Of a stretch of DNA of 64,000 bases, positions 24,201 to 35,701 are shown piece after piece. The stretch comes from Thalia democratica (lineage: Eukaryota). The first letter of the stretch is position 1; each line of letters starts with the position of its first letter. Location: positions 27,466,001 through 27,530,000 of the forward strand of contig OZ241827.1 of the NCBI GenBank assembly GCA_965202585.1, read 5' to 3'. Under the pieces are notes generated by a model. That model searched no databases, was not told the origin of the DNA, and saw nothing but the letters and a program-made list of their open reading frames with translations. The position numbers and the translations under genes were made by a program.

Positions 24201-27200
24201 TTTAAGTAGTTTAAACAAGTTTTGGCTTGTCTATAGTATGTGAATTATTTATATTAATTGTCATTATGTATGTTTTACATTATAAGTACGCAGCACAAAA
24301 AAGCACCAAATTGTGTTGTAATTACTATATTCAGAGCTTATTGTGCCCTAATGTTTTAGCAAATGTTTTCTTTTTAATTATAAATATTAAATATGTTTTT
24401 TTCTTAATTGTACAGTTGTTAAAATATTGTTCTATTTTAGTTTTAATTATTACAGATATTAAAAAATATATGTGTTTATCACGTCATGCACAGACTGTTT
24501 CAACGAGCAAGCTGTTTTTGTATTGTTTAACAAAAAAAGTAACAAAATAAAAGCTGTGTGCGTAGAAAATAGTTAATAAACTTATTTGTAAAAGTTCTTT
24601 TAATTTATTACAAAACAAAGTCATGTTTAAAAAACTACGTAAATTTAGTTTTGTTTTACATGGACGAATTTACGTACAGACTGAAACAAATAAGTAAAAA
24701 CGAAAAAAATGAAAAAAAATATTATACATTTTCTTTTTTGCATCTCACAAAAGAAATTTATGCGAACATTGTATTTTAAGTTCCTTTAATTGTTGAATTT
24801 TATACAGAACTAAGTAGTAATATATCAAACGAGATCTTGTAACATTATCTAATTAAACGAAGTCAGCTTTTTAATCAAGTAAATTGAAGTAATAAATTAA
24901 ACAAAATTAAATTGGGTTAAAAAGCTTCGGTTTCTGACACAGTTAATAACTTTATTTGGGTTAGTTATACTTAAAGATTCGGTAGTAACTTTTTTAAATA
25001 TACTTTTTTTGACTTGTTTCTTAAAAACTTTAATTAAGTAGTGTAAGACTATGAACTTCATTTAACTGCTATTAACTTTTATCTTACCTACAATCGCTAG
25101 TTGCATACAATACATTTAAATTCTTCACTAAAGCTAATTTTATACTTCTATTGAACTTTACTTTAACATTATTTCTAACTACACCTAATTAAAATAAACC
25201 CACAATGTATCATTAGCATTTTTTATATTAGATAAACATGGTTACTCAAGTATGCAAACTAAAAATCTCATCACTTTATAAGTAATTTTAAACTGAGTTA
25301 TCACCTTAAACGCTAAAAATTTTCCTAAACAGCTAATTACCAAAATTATTAAAGTCTCATTACTAAGCTTCTGGTTTTAGAGGAAAGTGAATCAGTGAAA
25401 TCATAACTAATATAAAAGTAATATATTCATCTATGTAATGCTTTAACTATTTTCTCATTAGTTTTAAACTCAATTTTTGTTAGTCAGTTTTGTTTAAAAA
25501 TATATAAATATATAAAGAGTATTATAGCTAAATACAACATTTATAATAAAAGTTTTTTTATAGCACAAAAATGAAATTATCTATTTCAGTATACGTTTAT
25601 AAATCTTTTTTTTTTTTTGTTAATAATATTAATTTTATCAAATAAAGGTTTCTAGTATTTTGAGGGCATATAAGTTGTAAGTCACTTTTTCTTATATTGG
25701 TCTCATTTTTAAAGTTTTAATTTAAATAACAGTTTCTTTTTACCTTTTTAGAAATTCAAATAAGCTTTTCAGGTGTAAGGGTACAAAGTTGGAGAGCTCA
25801 ACAGGTTCCTTATAAAAGTGCTGAGTTAAAAGATCGAACAGAAATTTTCTATAAAGCTTGACTTTAATTTTTACTTTAAGCTTTTGTATAAGAAACAATG
25901 TTAAATAAAGAATAACTTTTATTATTATATTTTACACAAAACTAACAACAAATTAATACTTATGCCATTGCGAAATTTAAAAAAATGTTTTTGTAAATTT
26001 GCAACAACAAGTTCAAAAGCTTTTTTTTTAAGTAACAACGTTTTTGTGTGCTATTACTAGCACAGTTCTATGGAGTTATTAAAATGATATATACTTAAAT
26101 CTATACAACAAAATTGTATATATATTTGTTGATATAGTTTTAACAATTCTAAACAGTATAAGAACTATAAATATATCTTTGGAGAACAATCTTTTATTTT
26201 CCAATTTAAACACAATCATTAGATTAAAGTGTGCACACTTATTCTTTTTTTTAATCAAAGTTGTTAAATACATTTTCTTTTTACTAACTCTTTGATTGCT
26301 TTACCTTCTTGTGAGAAAGCTGCTACGTAAATGTTGACAGTTCGTAGACAGTAATCGAGAAAGTAAATAAATGGTCAGTCTGTAAGTATTTGATGATGTC
26401 CAGATCTTTGTTTTTATTTTGATCTTGCTAATTCACTGTAAAGAAAAAACTTAGTTAAACTTTGAGGGCAGTTTTATTTCTTATATTTTCATTAAACTAA
26501 ATTAATTATGTTAGTTTTTGTAAATAGTTCTTAAACGTTAATAAAAAGATTTAATAAAAAACTTATTGCACATAGTATTTATTAACAATTTTTATGAGGA
26601 ATTCTTTACTTAATTTTTATAAAATAAATAAAATATTTTTAAATTCCAATTTTTTATTGTTAGTTAACAAATTTCAAAAATTAATAAATTCATTGATATT
26701 TTTAAGGACTCATTTATTTGATATTTGTTTTTATTTTTATAAGTGGTATAAGTTGTGAACGATTATAACAAGAAAAAGAGTAAATATTTGTTTTCTTTTG
26801 AAGTTTTATTAGCAAAGTAATCAAACTTAACACGTCATTTTTTCCAATAATTTTTTTTGGCTAATATTTAACACAAGTAGAAAGAAAATTAAATATAATT
26901 AACTCTTAAGTTTTTATGTTTTAAAGTTAGAGCTAAATATATTTTTTTAATGTAAACGTAATATTTTTTTATCAGAAATACAGTATTTTAAATTGTAAAA
27001 CTTGAAGTACATTTTTAATAGACACAATATTTTAAACCGACTATTTCTTTAAAAAACAAACTGTAAAGTTTTAAAACACCAAATCCTAAAATAGCAATTT
27101 TATTATAATTATATTTTACAAAAAGCAATAAGTGTTTGCACAAGCTTTGTACAACTTACTATGGGTAGTTCTAAGTAATAAGCAAAGTGCTTTACAAATA

Positions 27201-29588
27201 AGTGGGTAGATACATCCTGGAAATAAAAAACAGAAGTTCCTTGACCTTTAAATGTAAACAAAACTAGACAAACACTAAAAGTAAACTGGACATGAACGAT
27301 ATATAGGCGCGAATGCAAATAAATAGAAAAGGTCAAATAAAAGGTTTACAGGCTTAACACTGTGTTTATCAACTAAAAGCGCTATAAAATAATCACTGCT
27401 ACACGTGTTTGCAGATTCAGAATCTGCATAGGTATTTTAAGGTTTCATATTTTTTACTCATAGTTCAAGTGAATTTGAAAGTCAAAAATAACCTAATTGT
27501 TTGCAATTATCTTTGTATGACGTATTTGCTTAACGTCACAAATTTGATATGTCAAAATGTATGCTATTGTTGCTTATTCAAAACTTCCGCTGTTTTGAAT
27601 TAAATAAACAAAAATTTATGTTAAACAATTTTTTAACGACTTACTTTGTGCGTAAAGAAATACAATGTCAATTTTGTTTAACTTTGAAGTATAATAAATT
27701 TATTTTAGTCTAAAGCTTACATATTGGGAAACTTTCTTTTGCAAGTAAATATTAAAGTTTTATAATGATCAAATTAGTTTACAACTTCCATGCAAATCTA
27801 AATACTTTATATTACTGTTTCAAACAAATGAAAAAATTAGGAAATTTTTCAGTGCAGTGTTAATAAATTATTTATGTTTATAACTTACTTCTTTGTCAAA
27901 CTTTATAACTTGCATGTCTGCATTTTAAAGTACCTCGTGTTATTTTTGCACGGGATAACTTTGTTAAATAAGGTATATCGACTAAGATATAACTATTATT
28001 TATAGAAAACTTTAACTAGTTACTTTAATAACACATTTAACTTAAGTTTCCTTCTAAAAATAAAAATGTAAAAAAGTTTATTTAAAACCTGTTATAACTT
28101 TAAAAGCAAATAACAAATTTATTACGAACTTGGCTTTATAAATTATCTTTAAGATTCCTTTTAATCTCAATGGAGGTGTCAGTTTTACAAGTTTTGATCT
28201 GTGATTAGCATAAGTATTTTTATTCCAAAAACTTAATAACACAAGTGTTCGTTTTTAATTTTATTTTAGTCTAAACAATTATTTCGAAAAAAAATGTTTT
28301 TATTTTATTTTTAAGTTAACAAGAAGATATATATTCAAGCTTATAAGGATTATAAAATAAAAAATGTTGTTAAAAAGGTGTGTACTAAATAAAACTATTG
28401 TTTCGATCGGAAGTTTTGTTTTATTTTTAAAGTCTGTTTTCGTTTTACAGATATTTCTGTACTAGCGTTTACGCTTTTATGTTTTATTTCCAAGTATTAA
28501 AAATAGTACATGTTTATTACACATTTATTAAAGAAGATGATCTTGGTATAAATATTTACTTTAAAGGAGTGCACATATGTAGATTAGTACTAAATGACGT
28601 GATATGTCTTTACCACATAATTATGTTCTACTTTTTAGTTTTAAGTTCTAAACTTCTAATAACTAAAATTCGAAAATACTTTACTATAATCTTTTTCAAA
28701 TTTTAATCATTTTTAAAAATGGTAAACAATTTTTATTTTATTTAATTTGTGTTTTTTTTTGTACAACAACTGCTTAAAAATATACTTTTAAAATATTAAA
28801 CTAACTTTTATCAAGTTTTTTGATAAAAACTAACATATACTTAGATTTGCACATTTATATAGTTTTAAATTAATTCTAAAATCGTAAAAACTCTTTGCAG
28901 TAAAAGTTTGGTGATTTAAGTTACACAGTACTGTTGTAAAATAGTATAGTTATGGTGAATGAAAAATATTATTATTTTCTTTTATTTTACAAACCTTATA
29001 TATACTAATTGCTTTTGTTTTGAAAAAAAAAGTTATATTGTTCGAAACTGCAACAAACATCTATGATATATTTTTAAGAAATTTTAATATTTCTACAATA
29101 AAATTGTCTGTATAATGTTTTGTATTAGTGTTTTAATTAAGTAAAATGCTGATATGTTCTTTCTTGTACTCTACTACATGGAGGTTAAAAGCAGGAAAAA
29201 TTATAATTTGTTTCAAACAACTACAACGCAATACTTTTAATATGATGACCTCTGTATAGTATAAAAATTCTAGATAATTCTATAAGTGTACCATTTAAAT
29301 TAATGTGCCTATATTTCTAAAAATTATTGTAATTTTCCTTAAAAACGCACTTTTACTACTTAATGAATACAGCTCTTAGAAAAAATAAAAGCTTAAGACA
29401 TAGCAAAAACACTTTTAGACATAAGTTTTATCGCAAAAGTAAAGTTGTTAAGGTTTTTTTTTTTGTAATTTTCATGATAACTATCAAACTTAAACTAACT
29501 TGAAAATTTTAAACAAAAGTTTATTTTTATAAATAAAAAGTTTTGTTTTTTTTTTTTTAATTTATACAACCACCTATATAATATATAT

Positions 29589-30386
29589 ATGCCTTTTCTA
29601 GAAAATTTTCTAAAGACAAAAGATGAATATGAAAAAATAATTAAAAAATGCGGATACGATAATAAACTCAAATTTGAAAAACCTGAACAACAGCCAAAAA
29701 ATAATCAAAAACATAAAAGATAAAGAAATGTAATCTGGTACAACCCTCCTTTTAGCAATTCGGTAAAAACTAATATTGGAAGAAAATTTATAAATCTAGT
29801 CAAAAAACACTTCAATAAACAAAATCCGCTAACAGAAGTTTTCAACAAACATAATATGCGAATAAGTTATTCGTGTACGGCAAATTTAGAGAATATCATT
29901 AAGGCACACAACCAAAAAATTTTAAATCAAAACTCAGGAATTCGAAGTCAATGTGGCTGCGCTGGTAGCTGTAAATATAATTTGAAAGGGGGCAATTGCC
30001 GTTCAGAGAACATCGTTTACAAGGCCACAGTTAACTCTGGAGTTGAGACGAGGTTCTATGTCGGCTTATGCTCGACTCAGTTTAGATTCACGTATGCTAA
30101 TCATAAAAAATCTTTTAAAGGCGGCATATATGAAAATGACACTGAACTTTCGAAGTATGTTTGTGGCTTAAAACGCAGCGGCATCGACTTTGAAATATCC
30201 TGGGAAGTTATAAAAAGAGCACAGCCTATAGGTGACGGAAATAGCCCAATATGTAGGCTGTGTCTCAAAGAAGCAATAGCCGTTGTATATGCACTGAATG
30301 ACAAGAGATGTCTAAATAAAAGAAGCGATTTTGTATCGTCTTTTAGACATATAAAAAAATCGCTTTTAAAGTTTAACAAGTTTTAA
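29589..30386 (+). pseudogene. PLE ORF C-terminus (RT thumb end, Cys-rich linker, GIY-YIG endonuclease) with one nonsense codon
   Basis: One continuous frame: ENFLKTKDEYEKIIKKCGY...[26 protein letters not shown]...ISYSCTANLENII...CGCAGSCKYNLKGGNC..NIVYKATV...YVGLCSTQF..YANHKKSF...TELSKYV...CRLCLKE. TAA at 29721-29723 (likely from AAA). The supplied ORF 29856-30386 is the downstream part. Confidence 0.85.
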
Positions 30387-30642
30387 TTTCATCTTAAAAT
30401 AATCTAAATTTCAATTTGTATCTTAATTTTATCTTTATATCTTACAATTATCTGTCCTAATATATAGTTACTCACTGAAGTTTTATGAATTTTTGCCAGT
30501 TTATTGTCGATTGGTAAATTAATTTTTGCACAAGCCGTTTTGCATGATTTTTGATAGTTTCAAAATTACGTCATAATCTATTTATGCTAAATTTTTTAAC
30601 TTTCATTTGTGTGTTTTGATTTGTGCTTTATTTTAAACTTGT

Positions 30643-30687
30643 TTTGAAGCTGATGAGTGCATAGGCACGAAACTCGAGTCCTTTGAG
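30643..30687 (+). ncRNA. Minimal type I hammerhead ribozyme in PLE 3' UTR
   Basis: CTGATGA (30650-30656), stem II GTGC-ATAG-GCAC, GAAA (30669-30672), 2-bp stem III closing the palindromic loop TCGA, GTC cleavage triplet (30678-30680), stem I TTTGAAG/CTTTGAG with G-U pairs. Confidence 0.88.
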
Positions 30688-30711
30688 TTTTACATCTTGA
30701 AATAAACCTTT

Positions 30712-30863
30712 TTATTAATAAAGCCCTTAAGGTGGGCTCAGTGTGAAAGATTTAATTTATCAAATTAAATAACTTAATTGTATATGCATATATATATAGA
30801 ATTAAGTTATTTAACTTAATAAATTAATTTTTTTCACACTGAGCCCACCTTGAGGGCTTTATT

Positions 30864-30868
<5 letters not shown>
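30712..30868. repeat. Tail-to-tail inverted repeat of the PLE 3' end (arms 30712-30779 and 30800-30868)
   Basis: ~68-bp arms with 5 mismatches by eye, separated by a 20-bp TA-rich spacer. Confidence 0.95.

Positions 30869-30899
<31 letters not shown>
30869..30899. repeat. (TA)n microsatellite at the PLE right junction
   Basis: Perfect TA run directly after the inverted arm. Confidence 0.95.
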
Positions 30900-30902
<3 letters not shown>

Positions 30903-31915
30903 GGTGGTTGTTACACTTTTAGTTACTCTAAATTTATAAAGTAAATATGTAAGTGTTATATTCTAGAAAAAAAAATAATCTTTGAAAATGTAAACTACTA
31001 AAAACCAAAAGAAAGAATCTGATATTTTTGCTAACTTTTGCTTTATTTTATTTGTTAGTTATACAAATGAAAGTTTTTTTAATTTATAGAACTAAATTTA
31101 AGAATTTCTTAAGAAGTCACTAGGGCAGAAATATAACAGTTTAAAATACAATTATTAAGAATGTTATAGCTTTGTACATGATTTTTAAACTATACAATGA
31201 ATGACTTTGGAATAACTTGTAAATATTAAAACTAATTGTCAAAACAGCTTATATAAGTTCCAGCATTTAAGATTTTATTTTCAAAAGAATGTATCACTCA
31301 AAAAAAAAATCATCTGTTAACAATAAGCCTTATTCAAAAAGAGTAGATAAGATCTTATTATTAATAGATGTTCACTTTTGTGAGTGAAACATTGTTTTGA
31401 AAAAAAAAATCTTAAAATTTTTGAAGTCATATAATTCTCCTTATCAATAAGTTAAGATTTTTGAATATTAATTTTCAAAACAAAAGTTTTTTTAATAACT
31501 CATAAGTAGAATTTGCTAAAATAATAAACTATTCTGGTTCTGTTTTTTTATGCGCACCTATAAACTCATATTATTGTTTTTTTTTTTAATTTGACTTTGA
31601 GAGTAAAGCTTTTGGTAAAAACGATTATCAGTTAAAAGATTTACTTTGGTTGCAAATATGATATAAATATGCTAATAGATACTTAAAGCATTGAGATTTC
31701 GTATCAATAGTTACATAATCAATAAAGTAGTTTACTCTATACTTGTGTAATTGTAATATTGTTAATTTTCAGTTCTTGATAAATATTACATGTCAAATAA
31801 ACTGAGGTTTTATATGTTAATAAAATTTCTTTATACGCACATCATAGCTAAATCTAAATTATTAGTTTTTTATAAGTTCTAAGTTTTGTACTATTTTCAT
31901 ACGAAATTTTGTATA

Positions 31916-32012
31916 TTAAACGAAAAAAAAAAGCGCTCATATATTTGGTCCAAGGACCTGGTGTACGAAAATACCTTTCAGTTATCGAGTCATACACCGG
32001 GAAACAGTTTAA
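31916..32012 (+). repeat. Dispersed ~97-bp family, copy 1
   Basis: TTAA-ACGA(A)nGCGCTC..TTGGTCCAAGGACCTGGTGTACGAAAATACCTTTCAGTTATCGAGTCATACACC..ACAGT-TTAA. Confidence 0.85.
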
Positions 32013-33797
32013 AGTCATGTCCAGGACAATATCATAGTTTTTTTTTCTAAACTTTTTCAGGTTTGTATTTTATCAGTTACAGTTTTTAAGCCTATATTAA
32101 ACTAGTGTAACCGATTTTCGAACGTTTTAAAGTTTTAAATTCTTTTGATAATTGATCTTATGCTATAAACCAGAAGGTATTACTTTTACCATTAGTTTGA
32201 CTTTAGCTATTAACATTTAAAAGTTATTAAAAAATGACCATTGAAGTTTTAAATTCAATAAGTCTGAAAAAATTGTTTAATCTAACTATAGTTAAACTGT
32301 GTAAACTATACTATTAAAAGTATTAAGAAATCTTACCTTAAAAGTTTCACCTGTCATATTTATTATAAAAAAAATTGAGATGGAAATAAAAATTTTGTAT
32401 AGTATGAATTTTACAATACTGTTTATTTGTCATCACTATTGTAGCTTAAAAAAAGTTTTTTATAACTTAGATATTGAGTTTAGTTTACGCTTGTAAGCAT
32501 AGTTTGAGCTTTGTTTTTGCTATAATTAGTTTTTTTTAAACTGGTTTTACTTCGCCTACTTTAAACGTTTTTTTTTACATTCTTAAATCTATTTTTAGGC
32601 TAAAAGATTATCTGAAAGGTAGTACATGTAAAATACATGTTATAATATATTTACTAGCTTATCTAAAAAAAGTTATTAAAAATAGTTATAAAATTACGTT
32701 AATGAGTTTTAAAATTATTTATAATATACCATTTAAAGTTATTTAGGCATTGTGTGAAATTAAAACATTTGTAAGCAAACAACTATGTATCTCAAATCAA
32801 TTAAGTATTGTTTTTGTTGTCATTCTGTATCTAAAGTTACTGAAAATTAGTTTAAATACAAATTTTTAAAACATTATCATAGTACTCAAAATTGAAAAAA
32901 TTAAAAAATTAAAAATTAAAAAATTAGAAATTAAAAAAAGTCCGACAGACTTTTTAAAAAAGTCTGATGTTTATTTTCATACAAATCTGAAGAAAATACT
33001 TTAAGATCAGGTACTTTTTTTGAATAGATAAAAAGCATCATTATTTTCATTTTTGATAAAGTTTTATAATGACCTAAATTTTCTCAAAAAAATTAAACAA
33101 TTCATTAAATTTAATAAATTAAAGCTTCATCTACAGACTAAACAGTTTACTAAACTGCAGGTAAATATTCTTTTATTCGTACTTTTAGTGAACATATCTA
33201 AACTTAAAATGAACATAACAAACAGTTAGTCTTTACTTAATAATTATTATTGTATAACCAGACCAAGTTAAGTTTTATTCTTAAGTTTTTGATTTAAAGT
33301 TTCTTATCAAACTTTTTATAAAAGAAATATACAAATAAGAACTAATGTTGGTAAAGTAGCACCTCAATCAAACGATTTGTACATTGTACATACAGTTTAA
33401 AGTACTGAATTTGTGCATATAATTTGATTCATTCTTAACAAATTATTATTTTTAACTTGTGCGGTTTTAACACCACAATTTGAGTAAAAAGTCAAAGCTT
33501 AATATAAACTATACAAAGTTACTTAAGAGTTGGAAGTTTAGGTATAAAATGTTTGGTTTTAAATTACCATTTATTGTGTACAAGGTGTACATTTATTTTT
33601 CCGTGCAAGCCAATCATAACTTACTAAATTTAAATGCACAAAATAAAAATAGGAAAAAGTATAAATACATAAAAAGTTACTTACTGAGTTATAAGTTTAA
33701 AATTGAAAAACGTTCCAGATTAGAACAGTTAAGATTGAAATGAGCATGATTAAAATGGAGAGTTAGATAGGATAGTAAACTGGGAGCAGGTTAGAAT

Positions 33798-34134
33798 CGC
33801 ACGGCGTCAATATTGCAGGGTGCGTCATTTTGGCTTGGTGCGTCACTTTTGCATGGTGAGTCAATTTAGCACGGTGCGTCACTTTAGCACAGTGGGTCAC
33901 TTTTGCATGGAACGTCATTTTTGCACGGCGTCCCTTTAGCACAGAGTGTCACTTTTGCACACCGTCACTTTAGCAAGAAGCGTCACTTTAGCACGATACG
34001 ACACTTCTGCACAGCGTCACTTCATCGCAAAGTATCACTTTTGCACGGCGTCACTTTAGCATGTTAAGTCAATTTTGCACTTAACGTCACTTTTGCACGG
34101 CGTTAGTTTAGCACCGAACGTAATTTTTGCACAG
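33798..34134 (+). repeat. Tandem array of ~19-20 units of GTCACTTTWGCAC plus 3-5 nt; left arm of a foldback MULE-like element
   Basis: Units counted by eye; same core as the 57277-57766 element. Confidence 0.9.
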
Positions 34135-35583
34135 TTTTTTGTTCTTCTGTATATGCTTGGAGCGTTTTTTTTTTTTTTTTTTTTTTCATTTATCGTCATT
34201 TTTGCATAAACTAAACCTTTTTAAACCTTTATTTGAAAAAATTTCGATAATACAATTATAATTGTAAAATATATAAAACACGTCTATAATAAATTAAAAA
34301 ACTCAAAGTAAACACGTACAAGATTCGTAGAAAACACAAGCTTTATTTACAAATTTATTTTAGAACTATGTTAATAATTTTTAGAACATAGTACTAAATT
34401 GTTTTGACAACAGTGTAAAAGTATACTAACCAAAGTTTAATGAACAAAAGTGACTAAAAAGATAAATCAAACACTAGATTTTTTTTCGAACATGTAACTA
34501 GTTTTACTGGTAAAAGTATAAAAACAAATTATTATTAATTCAAGTCATTATTCAGTTTGTAAATTGAAAATAAAACTTTAAAGCAAAGTTAAATTTATAT
34601 TTGTCATTAAATTTCTTATTATATAGTTTTAAGTTTTGATAATAACTATTTAAACAAAAAAAAAACTTACTTTAATGTTTAAAAATTATAGTAGCTTCAT
34701 TCATTTGTATTAAGTACTTGAAAATTCAAGTTCATGGTACAAAAATTAAGAAATGCTAACCCAACTTTAATAAGTTTCACAGCTTTTCATATATATTCAT
34801 GTATTTAATGAAAAGCTCATTATGGAAATGTTGTAGAAATAATAAAACTAAAATCAAAGATATTATTCAAGAATATACAATAGAAATAAACGTTAAATAA
34901 ATAATTAATTTTTGTATATGTTAGTTATTTTCATTAACAAAATTTTTAAACTAAAAGTTTCAAGTGTTTTGGTCAATTTACTTAAATTTATTAAGGTTAA
35001 TACTTAAAAGCGTTTCTTTGTTTTACTAACCTTTCTAAAATAAAAATAATTAAAGCTCTAAAATGTTACAAATTTTATAATTCCATATGTTATAAAAAGT
35101 TTTTAGAAATACATTAATTACAAAATTAGTAAATGATAATACACTATAAGTCTCTAAAATCAAACTTTAATTTGTTTTTGAAACAGTTTTTCTTCTTTGT
35201 ATTCGTGATTTTTTTTTTACAAAGTTTTGATAAATCTCAGTTTTGTTTTGATATTTTTAATATACTATCGTATTGATTAGTAAATATTTTAAATCTCATC
35301 GTATTATTTAGTTAGTTAAAAATGTGTATGATTAATAAGTAAAAAATTTTATCATTTTTAGATTTGATTTTAAATAGTGTTAAAAATAATGCTATTACAA
35401 CTACAAAGTGCTAAATGATATATAATTTAGTTTTTTTTTTAAACTAACAGACTATTTTTTTTTCAAAGTTTTAGTTCAAGCTTAAATTTTACGAATTTAG
35501 AGTATTAACGTTTATTTTTAATTAATTGCATAATAAATTTTATAAATCCCCTATCTTAAAAAGCACTTTTAAAAGCTTTAGTT

Positions 35584-35701
35584 CGTGCTAAAATAACGCT
35601 CCGTGCAAAATTATCCCACAGTGCTAAAATGACGCCGTGCAAAACTGACCCCTAATACTAAGGTGATGCCGTGCAAAACTGACCTTCCGTGCTAAAATGA
35701 C
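35584..35701 (-). repeat. Inverted array of ~7 units of the same repeat; probable right arm
   Basis: GTGCWAAAxTGAC units, the reverse complement of the 33798-34134 array. Confidence 0.85.

Larger units (their letters stand above)
29591..30868 (+). mobile_element. 5'-truncated Penelope-like retroelement (PLE) with 3' UTR/pseudo-LTR and inverted tail copy
   Basis: RT-thumb/linker/GIY-YIG reading frame, 3' UTR with hammerhead, inverted copy of the last 68 bp, and TA tracts at all three junctions. Tandem/inverted copies and microsatellite targeting are established PLE traits. Confidence 0.88.

Noticed and set aside
26305-26435. Minus-strand exon-like segment with good acceptor and donor
   Set aside because: All three frames from the acceptor hit stops and such site pairs arise by chance; it could only be a non-coding exon and needs RNA data.
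33798-34134. CRISPR-like look of the repeat array
   Set aside because: The 13-bp core with 3-5-nt variable parts is far too short, there are no cas genes, the context is eukaryotic, and inverted partner arrays show these are transposon arms.
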